The notes beneath the pieces were generated by a model, which was given only the letters and a program-made list of their open reading frames with translations, ran no database searches and was not told where the DNA came from. The position numbers and the translations under genes are program-made. Shown here piece after piece: positions 1 through 8,423 of a DNA stretch of 32,000 nt (positions are counted from its first letter, which is position 1; each line of letters begins with the position of its first letter). This DNA is from Crocosphaera subtropica ATCC 51142. Lineage in GTDB: Bacteria > Cyanobacteriota > Cyanobacteriia > Cyanobacteriales > Microcystaceae. Location: assembly GCF_000017845.1 (NCBI RefSeq), contig NC_010546.1, forward strand, positions 1 to 32,000, written 5' to 3'.

Positions 1-921
1 TTAGAACGTGATACAAGCGCTTTCTTCTTCAATCACTAATTGGTCTAGTTCTCTTTGCATCGTCTCAACCACTTGACGGTAGCATTGGTGAACGTACTCT
101 CGATCATGGGAAGCTGACTGGCCGTATCGCTCAAAAATAATCGGTGGACAGACGCGAGTATGTAATTTCAGGGGAAAAGGAATATTGGGCAATGGGCCAA
201 TAGCCACTCCCCAAGGCCAACCCAAGTAAATAGGAAAAACCCCCGGATCGATTCCTCCCAACCAAGGCATTCCCCAACGATGCAGTTGTTGCAAGTGAGG
301 GTAAATATCCTCCAGTACAATTAACGTCGAATGAGCGCCATAGGAAATAAAGGGGATAATGGTCACGTCTTCTTGGAGGGCTAGTTGAATAAACCCTCGA
401 TGTCCTTGAAAATTAATGCGATGTCGTAAGTGATAAGGTCGAAATACATCTTTGGCCCCACCAGGATAGATTAAAAGGGCAGATCCTCGGCGTAGTGCTG
501 TTCTGGCAAGTCTGGGAGTCGGTTGGATCGCCCCCACTTGAGTCGCCAAATGTGCTAATCCAGGGAGAAATTGCCAAATTCGGCGATCCATCAGGGCATA
601 AGCCAGTCGTTTTGTGCCAAATTGTCGAAACCAATCATAGGTCATCATCACGGTATCCGGTGCGGCCAATCCCCCATTGTGAGAACCAATCAAGAGAACT
701 TTTCCGTTTTTGGGGATGTGTTCCCAGCCATCGGTTTGCACACGAAAATAATGTTGATAAATCCAGCCAAAAAACGGCATTAATTCTTCAATAATCTGGG
801 GATCTCGTTCCTCCAAAGAAAGTCCTGTTAGGGTATGAGGGGGAGCCTTGGACGCTTTGAGATATAAATTCAGAAAAACAATGATCGACGACATTAGATC
901 CAGTGATTGTTTAAATTTCAT
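1..921 (-). CDS. LPLAT/PlsC-superfamily (DGAT-like) acyltransferase, 306 aa
   Basis: Track ORF 1..1104. I place the start at the ATG at 919-921 (MKFKQSLDL...), which overlaps the TGA of the upstream dehydrogenase as ATGA; the longer N-terminus would lie inside that gene. Motifs GSHNGGLAAPD and IYPGGAKD fit glycerolipid acyltransferase blocks. Stop TAA at 1-3. Confidence 0.75.
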   Translation of the reverse strand: MKFKQSLDLMSSIIVFLNLYLKASKAPPHTLTGLSLEERDPQIIEELMPFFGWIYQHYFRVQTDGWEHIPKNGKVLLIGSHNGGLAAPDTVMMTYDWFRQFGTKRLAYALMDRRIWQFLPGLAHLATQVGAIQPTPRLARTALRRGSALLIYPGGAKDVFRPYHLRHRINFQGHRGFIQLALQEDVTIIPFISYGAHSTLIVLEDIYPHLQQLHRWGMPWLGGIDPGVFPIYLGWPWGVAIGPLPNIPFPLKLHTRVCPPIIFERYGQSASHDREYVHQCYRQVVETMQRELDQLVIEEESACITF

Positions 922-1919
922 GGGACTAAGACCGCTGCTCCTTTGATCTTTCCTTGTCGTAAACAGTCTAAGGCAACATTTGCTTCTGTGAGAGGAAAAG
1001 AAGACACCTGGGTTTGGATAGGAATTTGTTTGGCTAAAGCGAAAAAATCTTCTCCGTCTTGGCGAGTCAGATTGGCAACAGAGCGTAAAACCCGTTCTTG
1101 CCACAAAATTTTGTAAGGAAACGAAGGAATATCACTCATATGAATGCCAGCACAAACGACCACACCCCCAGGGGTAACCGCTTTTAAAGCCACAGGAACT
1201 AACGCTCCAACAGGGGCAAAAATAATCGCTCCATCAAGACTATCTGGAGGGGATTGCTCTGACCCCCCAGCCCACACTGCTCCAAGGGACCGGGCAAAGT
1301 CTTGTCCAAGCTCATCTCCAGGACGAGTAAACGCATACACTTGTCGTCCTTGATGACGGGCCACTTGAAGGAGAATATGGGCTGCAGCACCGAACCCGTA
1401 AAAGCCGATTTTCTCTCTGTCTCCGACTAAACGATAGGAACGATAACCAATTAATCCAGCACACAGCAGGGGAGCGACTTCTAAGTCAGAATAACGTTTG
1501 GGAATAGCAAAACAAAACTGTTCATTGGCCACAGTGTATTCTGCATAGCCTCCATCTAAGTGATACCCGGTAAATCTAGCCTTCTCACAAAGATTTTCCT
1601 GCTGAGTCCGACAGTAACAACAATGTTGACAGGTTCCTCCCAACCAAGGGACTCCGACTCGTTCCCCCAGAGAAAATCTCTTCACCCCTTTTCCCACGGC
1701 TTCGACGGTTCCCACAATTTCATGTCCTAAAATTAAGGGAAATTTAGCCTGAGTTAATTCTCCATCGACAATATGTAAATCCGTACGACAGACCCCACAA
1801 GCTTGTATTTTGAGCAACAGTTGTTTGTCGTCTGGTTCAGGAATAGGACGTAATTCAAGACGCAGTTTCTCTTTAGCTGCTTCCAAAACCATCGCTCGCA
1901 TCATCTGTTTGACCTCCAT
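918..1919 (-). CDS. Zinc-dependent alcohol dehydrogenase (MDR family), 333 aa
   Basis: GVCRTDLHIVDGEL, GHEIVG and a CxxCxxC structural-zinc cluster (CQHCCYCR), plus a GFGAAAH Rossmann motif. The track start at 1925 is TTG; the ATG at 1917-1919 is preceded by GAGGGAGAG. Confidence 0.9.
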   Translation of the reverse strand: MEVKQMMRAMVLEAAKEKLRLELRPIPEPDDKQLLLKIQACGVCRTDLHIVDGELTQAKFPLILGHEIVGTVEAVGKGVKRFSLGERVGVPWLGGTCQHCCYCRTQQENLCEKARFTGYHLDGGYAEYTVANEQFCFAIPKRYSDLEVAPLLCAGLIGYRSYRLVGDREKIGFYGFGAAAHILLQVARHQGRQVYAFTRPGDELGQDFARSLGAVWAGGSEQSPPDSLDGAIIFAPVGALVPVALKAVTPGGVVVCAGIHMSDIPSFPYKILWQERVLRSVANLTRQDGEDFFALAKQIPIQTQVSSFPLTEANVALDCLRQGKIKGAAVLVP

Positions 1920-2016
1920 TGCCAATTCTCTCCCTCAAAATGCTTCAGTCTTGCTGGTTATGACTATTTTTCAAGGGAGAGTCCATTTTGAACCTGGGAA
2001 ATTTTCGAGTTTGTCT

Positions 2017-2214
2017 TTAAACCATTGTCCTAGACAGTCGGAACGCCCAGACAGTCAAAATCCCTGCTAGGATAACTGCTGCTACAGAGAGAACAAACGG
2101 CACTGTCCATGCTCCTACCATTGCTGGCCATTGAAATATAATTCTCAACAAATGTAATGATCCAATTAAGGCAAAGATAACACCCGAAATCATTAAATAT
2201 AGTTTTTCAGTCAT
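2017..2214 (-). CDS. Small two-TM membrane protein, hypothetical (65 aa)
   Basis: Two hydrophobic helices (ISGVIFALIGSLHLL and VPFVLSVAAVILAGILTVWAF). ATG at 2212-2214 is preceded by GGAGGAA at good spacing; the track start at 2229 is TTG. Confidence 0.45.
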   Translation of the reverse strand: MTEKLYLMISGVIFALIGSLHLLRIIFQWPAMVGAWTVPFVLSVAAVILAGILTVWAFRLSRTMV

Positions 2215-2457
2215 GGTTCTTTCCTCCAATTTATTCGCTCTTCTCGCGAGAAAGAACTCCTTAATTTTATTGTAGCAATTTGCTCATTGAAAAAGTTAGA
2301 GAAAATTTCGGCTGATTTATTTTGTTAACAGTTGAGATCACTGGTCAGTTTTTGCAACAACTAGCAGATAATAAGGTCAGACAGAGACGGAGTAACCAGA
2401 ATCATATCTGCACGACGTGGTCGCACTCCGACTTCCTAACTCGGAACTCATGTTATT

Positions 2458-5400
2458 TCACCCTGTCGTGTCTTGGTTAACCGACACTAAAGGTTTGTTT
2501 CCCTGAAAGTTTTTTGTCTGGTTAGCTGGGGGAGATTTGGGCATCAACCACTTGCCAAATTGGGCGTAAAGTGCAGGAATTACCAGTAAAGTTAAAGCTG
2601 TAGAAGTAAATAAACCCCCTAACACCACAATCGCTAAAGGTTGCAAAATTTCATTACCAGCACCCGAAGCAACGGCTAACGGTAACATTCCCAAAGCTGA
2701 GGTTAAAGCGGTCATTAAAATGGCATTCACTCGGTCAAGAGAACCCTTAACAATGACATCTTTCAGTTTCATTCCTTGTGCAAACTTGTTATTATAATTA
2801 TCTACCAGTAATAAACCATTACGAACCGCTACCCCAAATAAGGTAATAAAGCCAATTAAAGAGGCAATAGACATCACTCCACCACTGAAAATGATGGAAA
2901 CAATACCCCCTACTAAAGCTAAGGGTAAATTAATCATAATGGCGATAGTAGCAGGAAAAGATTTGACCGAGAAGAACATCAAAATGGTGATAATAATGGC
3001 CGCTAAAATACTGTACACCAAGAGATTATTTGTTGCATTTTGTTCCGCTTCAAACTGACCTCCATATTGAACAAAATATCCTTTGGGTAACTGTACCTGT
3101 TGACGAATAGTTTCTTGAATATCTGCCACCACACTGCCTAAGTCCCTTTCTGCTACATTCGCAGACACCACAATTAAACGGGAAACATCTTCACGGTTGA
3201 CTACATTTGCCCCCATACCATAGGTTACCTTAGCCACAGCACTCAGGGGAATCATTTGACCTGTGGGGGTAGAAATAGGAATAGAACGAATAGCATCTAA
3301 ATTATTGCGTTTTGAAGGGTCTAAACCGACCGTAATATCAATTAATTGCTGATTATCGGGTATTTGAGCAACCACTTGACCATTTAATGCTGTTTCCACC
3401 ACCTCAGAAATGCCTTGCATGGTTAACCCATAATTGGCTGCTGCGCTGCGATCATACTGTATTTGCACTTGACGGATGGGTAATTGAGGTTCAAGCTGTA
3501 AATCGACAATACCTTCTATGGGTTCAATAGCATCTCGTACCTGTTCCCCCACCTGACGCAGTTCAATTAAGTCAGGTCCAAAAATCTTAATAGCGATCGC
3601 ACTTCTAACCCCCGATAACACTTCATCCATGCGATGGGAAATAAACCCCCCAATATTGGGAGCTACCCCAGGCAACTCTAAAAACGCTTCCCGTAGCTGT
3701 TTAACGCTGTTTTCACGGTCTTTGAGAGCAAGATCACTCAATTCTACATCCACATGAGCCATACTCACTCCTGCCCCGTCTGCATCCCCTGGCGCGCGTC
3801 CAGCCCTTACCTGTACCCATTCATACAAAGGATTATCTTTGAGGGAGTTATAAAGAGCCATTCCTGCACGGTTGGTCATGTCTAGAGATACCCCAGGAAA
3901 TAACACCATTGAGTTAACCATTGATTTTTCTTGAAATTCTGGTAAAAATACCCGTCCTAAACTGGGAACAATGGCAAAGGTAGCAATTAAAGCAGCCAAA
4001 GCGCAACAGAGAATAATTTTCGGCAATTTTAACGATAAATTGAGTAAAGGACGATAATGCTTGATAACGAAACGAGAAATGAATGTGCCATCTGGGGGCA
4101 AAGTTTGATTGGCTAATAAAATAGCACACAACGCAGGAGAAACAGTCATCGCTACTAAGGTAGAGGCAGCAATAGACAATAAATAAGCCAACCCCATCGG
4201 GGCAAAAATTCGCCCTTCTACCCCCGTTAAACTAAAAATAGGGGCAAACACCACAATAATAATCACGGTGGAAAAAATTACCGCCAGTCTAACCTCAACG
4301 GAGGTGTCATAGACCACTTGAAAAGGATGTTTTGGGTTGTCCTGTGCTTGGTTGTTGCGGAGTCCCCTGTAACAGTTTTCCATATCCACAATGGAATCAT
4401 CCACCACTGAACCAATGGCTACCACTAACCCCCCTAGAGTCATGGTATTGATGCCTAAACCAAAGGCTTTCATAAACAATAAACCAATGATTAAAGACAG
4501 GGGAATGGCACTAAGGGTGATCATCGCAGTGCGCCAGTTCATCAAAAATAACAACATGATCACCGAAACGATAATGATCCCTTGAATGAGAGAACCACTG
4601 ACATTGCGAATAGCAGCATCAATAAAATTAGCTTGACGAAAGGTTCTGGCAATGTTTACATCTGCTGGAAAGGTAGTCTCTAAAGAGGCGATGACTGTTT
4701 CAACGGCTTTCGTAACTGTGGGGGTATCCACATCAGGCTGTTTATTAATCATCATTACCACCGCAGGTTGCCCATTAAAACTACCATCTCCCCGTTTTAA
4801 TGCCGATCCGGTTTGCACTGTTGCCACATCTTTGAGCAAAATGGGTTCACCGTCTTTAACTTTAACTACGGATGTTTGTAAGTCTTCAATGGTTTGGACT
4901 TTTCCTATTCCACGAATTAATAATTCTTGGCCGCCTCCAATGAGAAAACCGCCAGGAGCGTTAGAATTCGATCCTTTGGCTGCTTCGGTAACATCTGTGA
5001 GAGAAACATTAAGCGATCGCAATTTTTCGGGGTCAACTAAAACCTGTTCTTGTCGTTCATCTCCCCCATATACCGTGACTTGAGAAACCCCTGGAACCGA
5101 GAGAATTTGATTACTGACCGTTCCTTCTACCAAGCGACGCAACTCCATGAGAGAGGTTTGTCCGTTGACAGTAAAAGCGTATTGTAAAATGGTGCCTAAT
5201 GGAGAGACTAACGGCGAAATTTCAGGAGCATGGGCATTTTCGGGGAATTGACCACTAATTTGTTGTAGTCGTTCGGTCACTGCTTGTCGGGCTTTGTAAA
5301 TGTCGGCATTTTGGTCAAATACTACTTGTACCATCGATAACCCAACCTTTGAGGAGGATCTCACCGTGGTTACGCCTGGTAAGCCATTGACTGCGCTTTC

Positions 5401-5619
5401 AATGGGTACTGTAATTTGTGCTTCTATTTCTTCTGGGGCAAGTCCAGGAACTTCTGTTTGAACATCCACTTGAGGGGGAGCAAATTCAGGAAACACATCT
5501 AAGGGCATTTGAGTAATATTAACAATACCCCATAAAGTGATTAAAATTGCTCCAATAACAATTAACCATCGTTGGGTAATAGAATTTTTTATAATCTGAT
5601 TAAGAAGAGAATTCAGCAT
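2458..5619 (-). CDS. CusA/CzcA-family heavy-metal efflux RND transporter (1053 aa)
   Basis: Length, 12-TM layout and sequence throughout are typical of HME-RND pumps (N-terminal IIKNSITQRWLIV, GGLVVAIGSVVDDSIV, LMTALTSALGMLPLA). ATG at 5617-5619. Confidence 0.95.
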   Translation of the reverse strand: MLNSLLNQIIKNSITQRWLIVIGAILITLWGIVNITQMPLDVFPEFAPPQVDVQTEVPGLAPEEIEAQITVPIESAVNGLPGVTTVRSSSKVGLSMVQVVFDQNADIYKARQAVTERLQQISGQFPENAHAPEISPLVSPLGTILQYAFTVNGQTSLMELRRLVEGTVSNQILSVPGVSQVTVYGGDERQEQVLVDPEKLRSLNVSLTDVTEAAKGSNSNAPGGFLIGGGQELLIRGIGKVQTIEDLQTSVVKVKDGEPILLKDVATVQTGSALKRGDGSFNGQPAVVMMINKQPDVDTPTVTKAVETVIASLETTFPADVNIARTFRQANFIDAAIRNVSGSLIQGIIIVSVIMLLFLMNWRTAMITLSAIPLSLIIGLLFMKAFGLGINTMTLGGLVVAIGSVVDDSIVDMENCYRGLRNNQAQDNPKHPFQVVYDTSVEVRLAVIFSTVIIIVVFAPIFSLTGVEGRIFAPMGLAYLLSIAASTLVAMTVSPALCAILLANQTLPPDGTFISRFVIKHYRPLLNLSLKLPKIILCCALAALIATFAIVPSLGRVFLPEFQEKSMVNSMVLFPGVSLDMTNRAGMALYNSLKDNPLYEWVQVRAGRAPGDADGAGVSMAHVDVELSDLALKDRENSVKQLREAFLELPGVAPNIGGFISHRMDEVLSGVRSAIAIKIFGPDLIELRQVGEQVRDAIEPIEGIVDLQLEPQLPIRQVQIQYDRSAAANYGLTMQGISEVVETALNGQVVAQIPDNQQLIDITVGLDPSKRNNLDAIRSIPISTPTGQMIPLSAVAKVTYGMGANVVNREDVSRLIVVSANVAERDLGSVVADIQETIRQQVQLPKGYFVQYGGQFEAEQNATNNLLVYSILAAIIITILMFFSVKSFPATIAIMINLPLALVGGIVSIIFSGGVMSIASLIGFITLFGVAVRNGLLLVDNYNNKFAQGMKLKDVIVKGSLDRVNAILMTALTSALGMLPLAVASGAGNEILQPLAIVVLGGLFTSTALTLLVIPALYAQFGKWLMPKSPPANQTKNFQGNKPLVSVNQDTTG

Positions 5620-5651
5620 TTTTAAAATTAATGGATGAGCTTATCAAAAAT

Positions 5652-5782
5652 CAGTAATTTAGGAGTCAGAAATTAATCCCCCCAACCCCCCTTACTAAGG
5701 GGGGCAAAGATTACTGTAGGATGGGTTAGACGGTGATAATTTATGGCGAGACAAAGAATCTAAAAATCCGTCGTAACCCATC
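5652..5782. repeat. Nested palindromic extragenic repeat (MITE-like fragment) between the adaptor-like and pump genes
   Basis: CAGTAAT (5652-5658) pairs with ATTACTG (5710-5716) and encloses the perfect hairpin CCCCCCTTA-C-TAAGGGGGG (5686-5704). A second hairpin is GATGGGTTAGACGG (5720-5733) with CCGTCGTAACCCATC (5768-5782). The AACCCATC motif recurs at 23181 and 25987. Confidence 0.45.
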
Positions 5783-5810
5783 ATTTCAGTTAAAATTTAT
5801 TTCTATTTGA

Positions 5811-6437
5811 TCAAGAATTTTTCTTTTTGCCACCACTACCCATAACCGCTAATGCACCACCCACTAATACCACAACACCCCCACCAATAGCAGCTACTGT
5901 CATCATCGGAAAACCCCCTGATGTTTCTGCTGTTGCTGACTCAGACGCTTTAACGGCATTTTCTGCATCCTCACTCTTAGAAGTCGTTTCAGGAGTCATC
6001 ATAGGTTCTGATGTTGCCTCAGTTTCCGCCGTTTTGGTTTTGCGAGACTCAGCATACAAGGATAAACTTCCCTGAGTCACTAATTGTTCCCCAACGGATA
6101 ACCCTTCTGTCACTTCCATTAAGTCCCCTTGGGTTTCCCCTGTGGTAACTTCTACCGGTTCATAAAAATTCTCATATTTGACAAAAACCAGTTGTTTTCC
6201 GTCTGCTTCTACCAATGCAGTTACAGGAATCATTACCCCATTAGTTGAGGTTTGTTCAATGGGAGTAACCATAATACCCAAAACTTGATCATTTTCGGGG
6301 TTAACTTCTACTCTTTCAATACCACCTGTGGCTTGAAATTCATCCCCATGGCCCACATGGGAAAGCACAACGGTAGCTGCACCAAGGGTTAAACTAAGAC
6401 TTAAAAGACTCATCAATGACAGAGATTTCATCATCAT
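5811..6437 (-). CDS. Short RND periplasmic-adaptor-like protein with signal peptide and C-terminal TM anchor (208 aa)
   Basis: Signal peptide, His-rich SHVGHGDEF, then a segment resembling only the C-terminal membrane-proximal part of CusB/CzcB-type adaptors (IPVTALVEADGKQLVFV...EPVEVTTGETQGDLMEVTEGLSVGEQLVTQG). This is followed by a T/E/S-rich linker and a Gly-rich TM helix plus KKKNS. Three consecutive ATGs at 6429-6437; GAGGA abuts them. Confidence 0.7.
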   Translation of the reverse strand: MMMKSLSLMSLLSLSLTLGAATVVLSHVGHGDEFQATGGIERVEVNPENDQVLGIMVTPIEQTSTNGVMIPVTALVEADGKQLVFVKYENFYEPVEVTTGETQGDLMEVTEGLSVGEQLVTQGSLSLYAESRKTKTAETEATSEPMMTPETTSKSEDAENAVKASESATAETSGGFPMMTVAAIGGGVVVLVGGALAVMGSGGKKKNS

Positions 6438-6487
6438 TCCTCACATTAAACAGGGTTGATCCAAATTTTTAAATAGTCTGCCATAGG

Positions 6488-6511
6488 TTAGATGAAATCT
6501 AGGTGAAATCT
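6488..6511 (-). promoter_or_regulatory. Direct-repeat box (copy A) upstream of the adaptor-like gene
   Basis: The minus strand reads AGATTTCACCTAGATTTCATCTAA: two ATTTCA(C/T)C half-sites 11 bp apart, 51-74 nt upstream of the ATG at 6437. It matches 7273..7296 at 21 of 24 positions. Confidence 0.5.
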
Positions 6512-6522
6512 CTTGAAGAATT

Positions 6523-7227
6523 TTACAAACTATTTTGATCTGCGTTTTCTCTGTTCAATTCTTGTGCCAAAAAATAACGATAAATACTAGGTAAATGAGG
6601 AGTCATAGAATTATCTTCAATTCCACCCCCTAAACTTGTCCAAACATTAGATAATTTTCTTAATACTTCTTCGACTTGATCTTGTTTGAGTAAAGTTAAT
6701 AAATCTACGTTCCATTGATGATGATCTTTGAGCCAACGATAAACCACAATGTCCTGATATTTTGGTTCAAAACTATAGATATATTGTCTATAATTTTTCT
6801 GAGGGTTTGGATGATATTTTCTAGCTTTTTCTTGCCAAGTAGAATTCAAAAATTGATAGCGTCCGGCTGCGGTTGAACAGTTCCCTCTATTGGGTCCAAT
6901 ATTAATTGGTATGCACTGATCCGGATGTTGTTGAAGATTATGAACATGACTACCACCATATAAGAGATAATAGGAATTTTTATGATTGGATTCACTGGCA
7001 GAAATCGTTAACATTAAAGCCCGAATATAAGGATCACCGCCAGACATTTCGAGTTCAGGTAAATGAGTAACTAATGATGGATTAACTAAAGGTTGAGTAT
7101 TTTTTTTGAAACTATAAACTAATCCAATTAATCCAACAACGATGATTAAATTAAATACTAATTTATAAGGTTTTTTCAGTCTATATTTTGTGCCTTTGCG
7201 TTTGGGTTGGGAATGTTGAATAATCAT
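6523..7227 (-). CDS. GH104 (phage-lambda-lysozyme-like) lytic transglycosylase with N-terminal TM anchor (234 aa)
   Basis: ISASESN...YYLLYGG...HP...STAAGRYQFLNSTW matches the lambda R / GH104 signature as I know it. An N-terminal hydrophobic helix (LVFNLIIVVGLIGLVY) is present. ATG at 7225-7227. Confidence 0.75.
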   Translation of the reverse strand: MIIQHSQPKRKGTKYRLKKPYKLVFNLIIVVGLIGLVYSFKKNTQPLVNPSLVTHLPELEMSGGDPYIRALMLTISASESNHKNSYYLLYGGSHVHNLQQHPDQCIPINIGPNRGNCSTAAGRYQFLNSTWQEKARKYHPNPQKNYRQYIYSFEPKYQDIVVYRWLKDHHQWNVDLLTLLKQDQVEEVLRKLSNVWTSLGGGIEDNSMTPHLPSIYRYFLAQELNRENADQNSL

Positions 7228-7272
7228 AAAATATTGAACAATATATTAAAATTTTTGTAAGTTTACCACAAA

Positions 7273-7296
7273 TTAGATGAAATTAAGGTGAAATTT
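7273..7296 (-). promoter_or_regulatory. Direct-repeat box (copy B) upstream of the GH104 gene
   Basis: The minus strand reads AAATTTCACCTTAATTTCATCTAA, 46-69 nt upstream of the ATG at 7227, with the same 11-bp phased half-sites as copy A. Confidence 0.5.
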
Positions 7297-7380
7297 TATA
7301 AAACAATAAAACAACTAACTAATTAGGTATTTTTTTATTTACCTTTGAAATAATATTCGTGTCCAAAAGATACTTAATAT

Positions 7381-7635
7381 TCAAAAGTTAATTTCTCTCC
7401 CTATACTTCTATCTCTTAAATCAACAAAGTCCTCATCTGTAAATTCGATCCCCTCCTTTTCCATCTGTTCACGAAATCTAAGGGTCATATCCCAGAAGGT
7501 ATCATCATTATCTATAATTTGTTCCTGATTATTTGTTTTCACATCTGATAACTTTAAACGTAATATTTCAAACAAATAAGTTATATCTTCCTGAGATAAA
7601 TCATCAAGGGAGTTAATTATTTCTTGTAATGTCAT
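7381..7635 (-). CDS. Small acidic protein, possibly an orphan antitoxin-like ORF (84 aa)
   Basis: ATG at 7633-7635 preceded by GAGGAA. Acidic and helical, its C-terminal ...DLRDRSIGREINF resembles tails of cyanobacterial antitoxins. No toxin ORF follows it. Confidence 0.4.
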   Translation of the reverse strand: MTLQEIINSLDDLSQEDITYLFEILRLKLSDVKTNNQEQIIDNDDTFWDMTLRFREQMEKEGIEFTDEDFVDLRDRSIGREINF

Positions 7636-7717
7636 GGAGTCATTTCCTCTGAGTATAAGATTAGAAAATATATAAATCTTTCCTAAGTTAACTAAAGTCT
7701 ATCGCAAAATCGATAGT

Positions 7718-8119
7718 TTACATTTGTGTCAAAACGATTGGTAAATACTGACTAAAGTTAATAAAATCTTTGTCTGTTGTAAAAATTTCATAATTTCTAC
7801 GATTTGCCGTTGCACAAATCAAAAAGTCTGTGTTTGATCCTTGAATACCATGACGACGACAAATATTAAAATACTATGCTGCTATTTCATAGTCTTCCGT
7901 ATCTGTTAATAAATTAGGGAAAGCTTGAAGATTATTCCTCAATTTTTCAAACTGTTCTCGGTGTTTAATACCCGAAAGAATTTCCTGTCTAACTGTTCCT
8001 AAAAGAAGAACTCGACCATCAGTAATTAAATCTCTCAATGTTTGAGTTATGACATCGTTAGTTTGTTGTCTTTTTCTGAATGCTAACGACCAAATACAAG
8101 TATCAACAATGACTTTCAT
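7718..8119 (-). pseudogene. vapC: VapC PIN-domain toxin interrupted by an in-frame TAG
   Basis: Track ORF 7874..8119 (MKVIVDTCIW...EDYEIAA) stops at TAG 7874-7876. The same frame continues YFNICRRHGIQGSNTDFLICATANRRNYEIFTTDKDFINFSQYLPIVLTQM to TAA 7718-7720. That continuation is the conserved PIN C-terminal half, including the TTDKDF acidic motif. Confidence 0.8.
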
Positions 8120-8316
8120 GATTGATTACGTTGTTGTTTGTAGTCATAGTCATCTTCGTATTCAATTGTGCCAAATAATTCGGTAATTTCTAGTTGTTTT
8201 CGTCGTTGAACATACTCTTTTAAAGCTGCTTCAACTACTTCACGTTTAGTGCTATGTCCACCGATTTTTAATGCTTCTTGAATTAATTGGTCGTCAATCT
8301 CTAAATTGGTCGCCAT
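8116..8316 (-). CDS. vapB: VapB-family antitoxin (DUF2191-like, 66 aa)
   Basis: MATNLEIDDQLIQEALKIGGHSTKREVVEAALKEYV is the canonical VapB/DUF2191 N-terminus. There is a 4-bp ATGA overlap with vapC. Confidence 0.8.
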   Translation of the reverse strand: MATNLEIDDQLIQEALKIGGHSTKREVVEAALKEYVQRRKQLEITELFGTIEYEDDYDYKQQRNQS

Positions 8317-8423
8317 ATCACTATTTACCTCAAATCATGTATTATATTTGTATTTATTTTACAAATTCTCCACCCAAAAATAGTAACAAATTATACAAAA
8401 TACGCCTCAAAATGTTCATAAAA

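Noticed and set aside
922-1104. N-terminal 61-aa extension of the acyltransferase ORF (track ORF 1..1104)
   Set aside because: It lies entirely inside the 3' end of the alcohol dehydrogenase gene in another frame and is Arg/Ser-rich junk. The ATG at 919-921 gives the classic ATGA coupling.
3914-5083. ORFs inside the RND pump gene (3914..4129 on the same strand in another frame; 4391..4585 and 4652..5083 antisense)
   Set aside because: These are shadow ORFs of a long, strongly supported CDS, with low-complexity translations and no start context. The same applies to 413..794, 1144..1390, 5827..6075, 14450..14647, 16245..16445, 18041..18292, 19257..19463, 24471..24800, 26412..27038 and 30788..31036.
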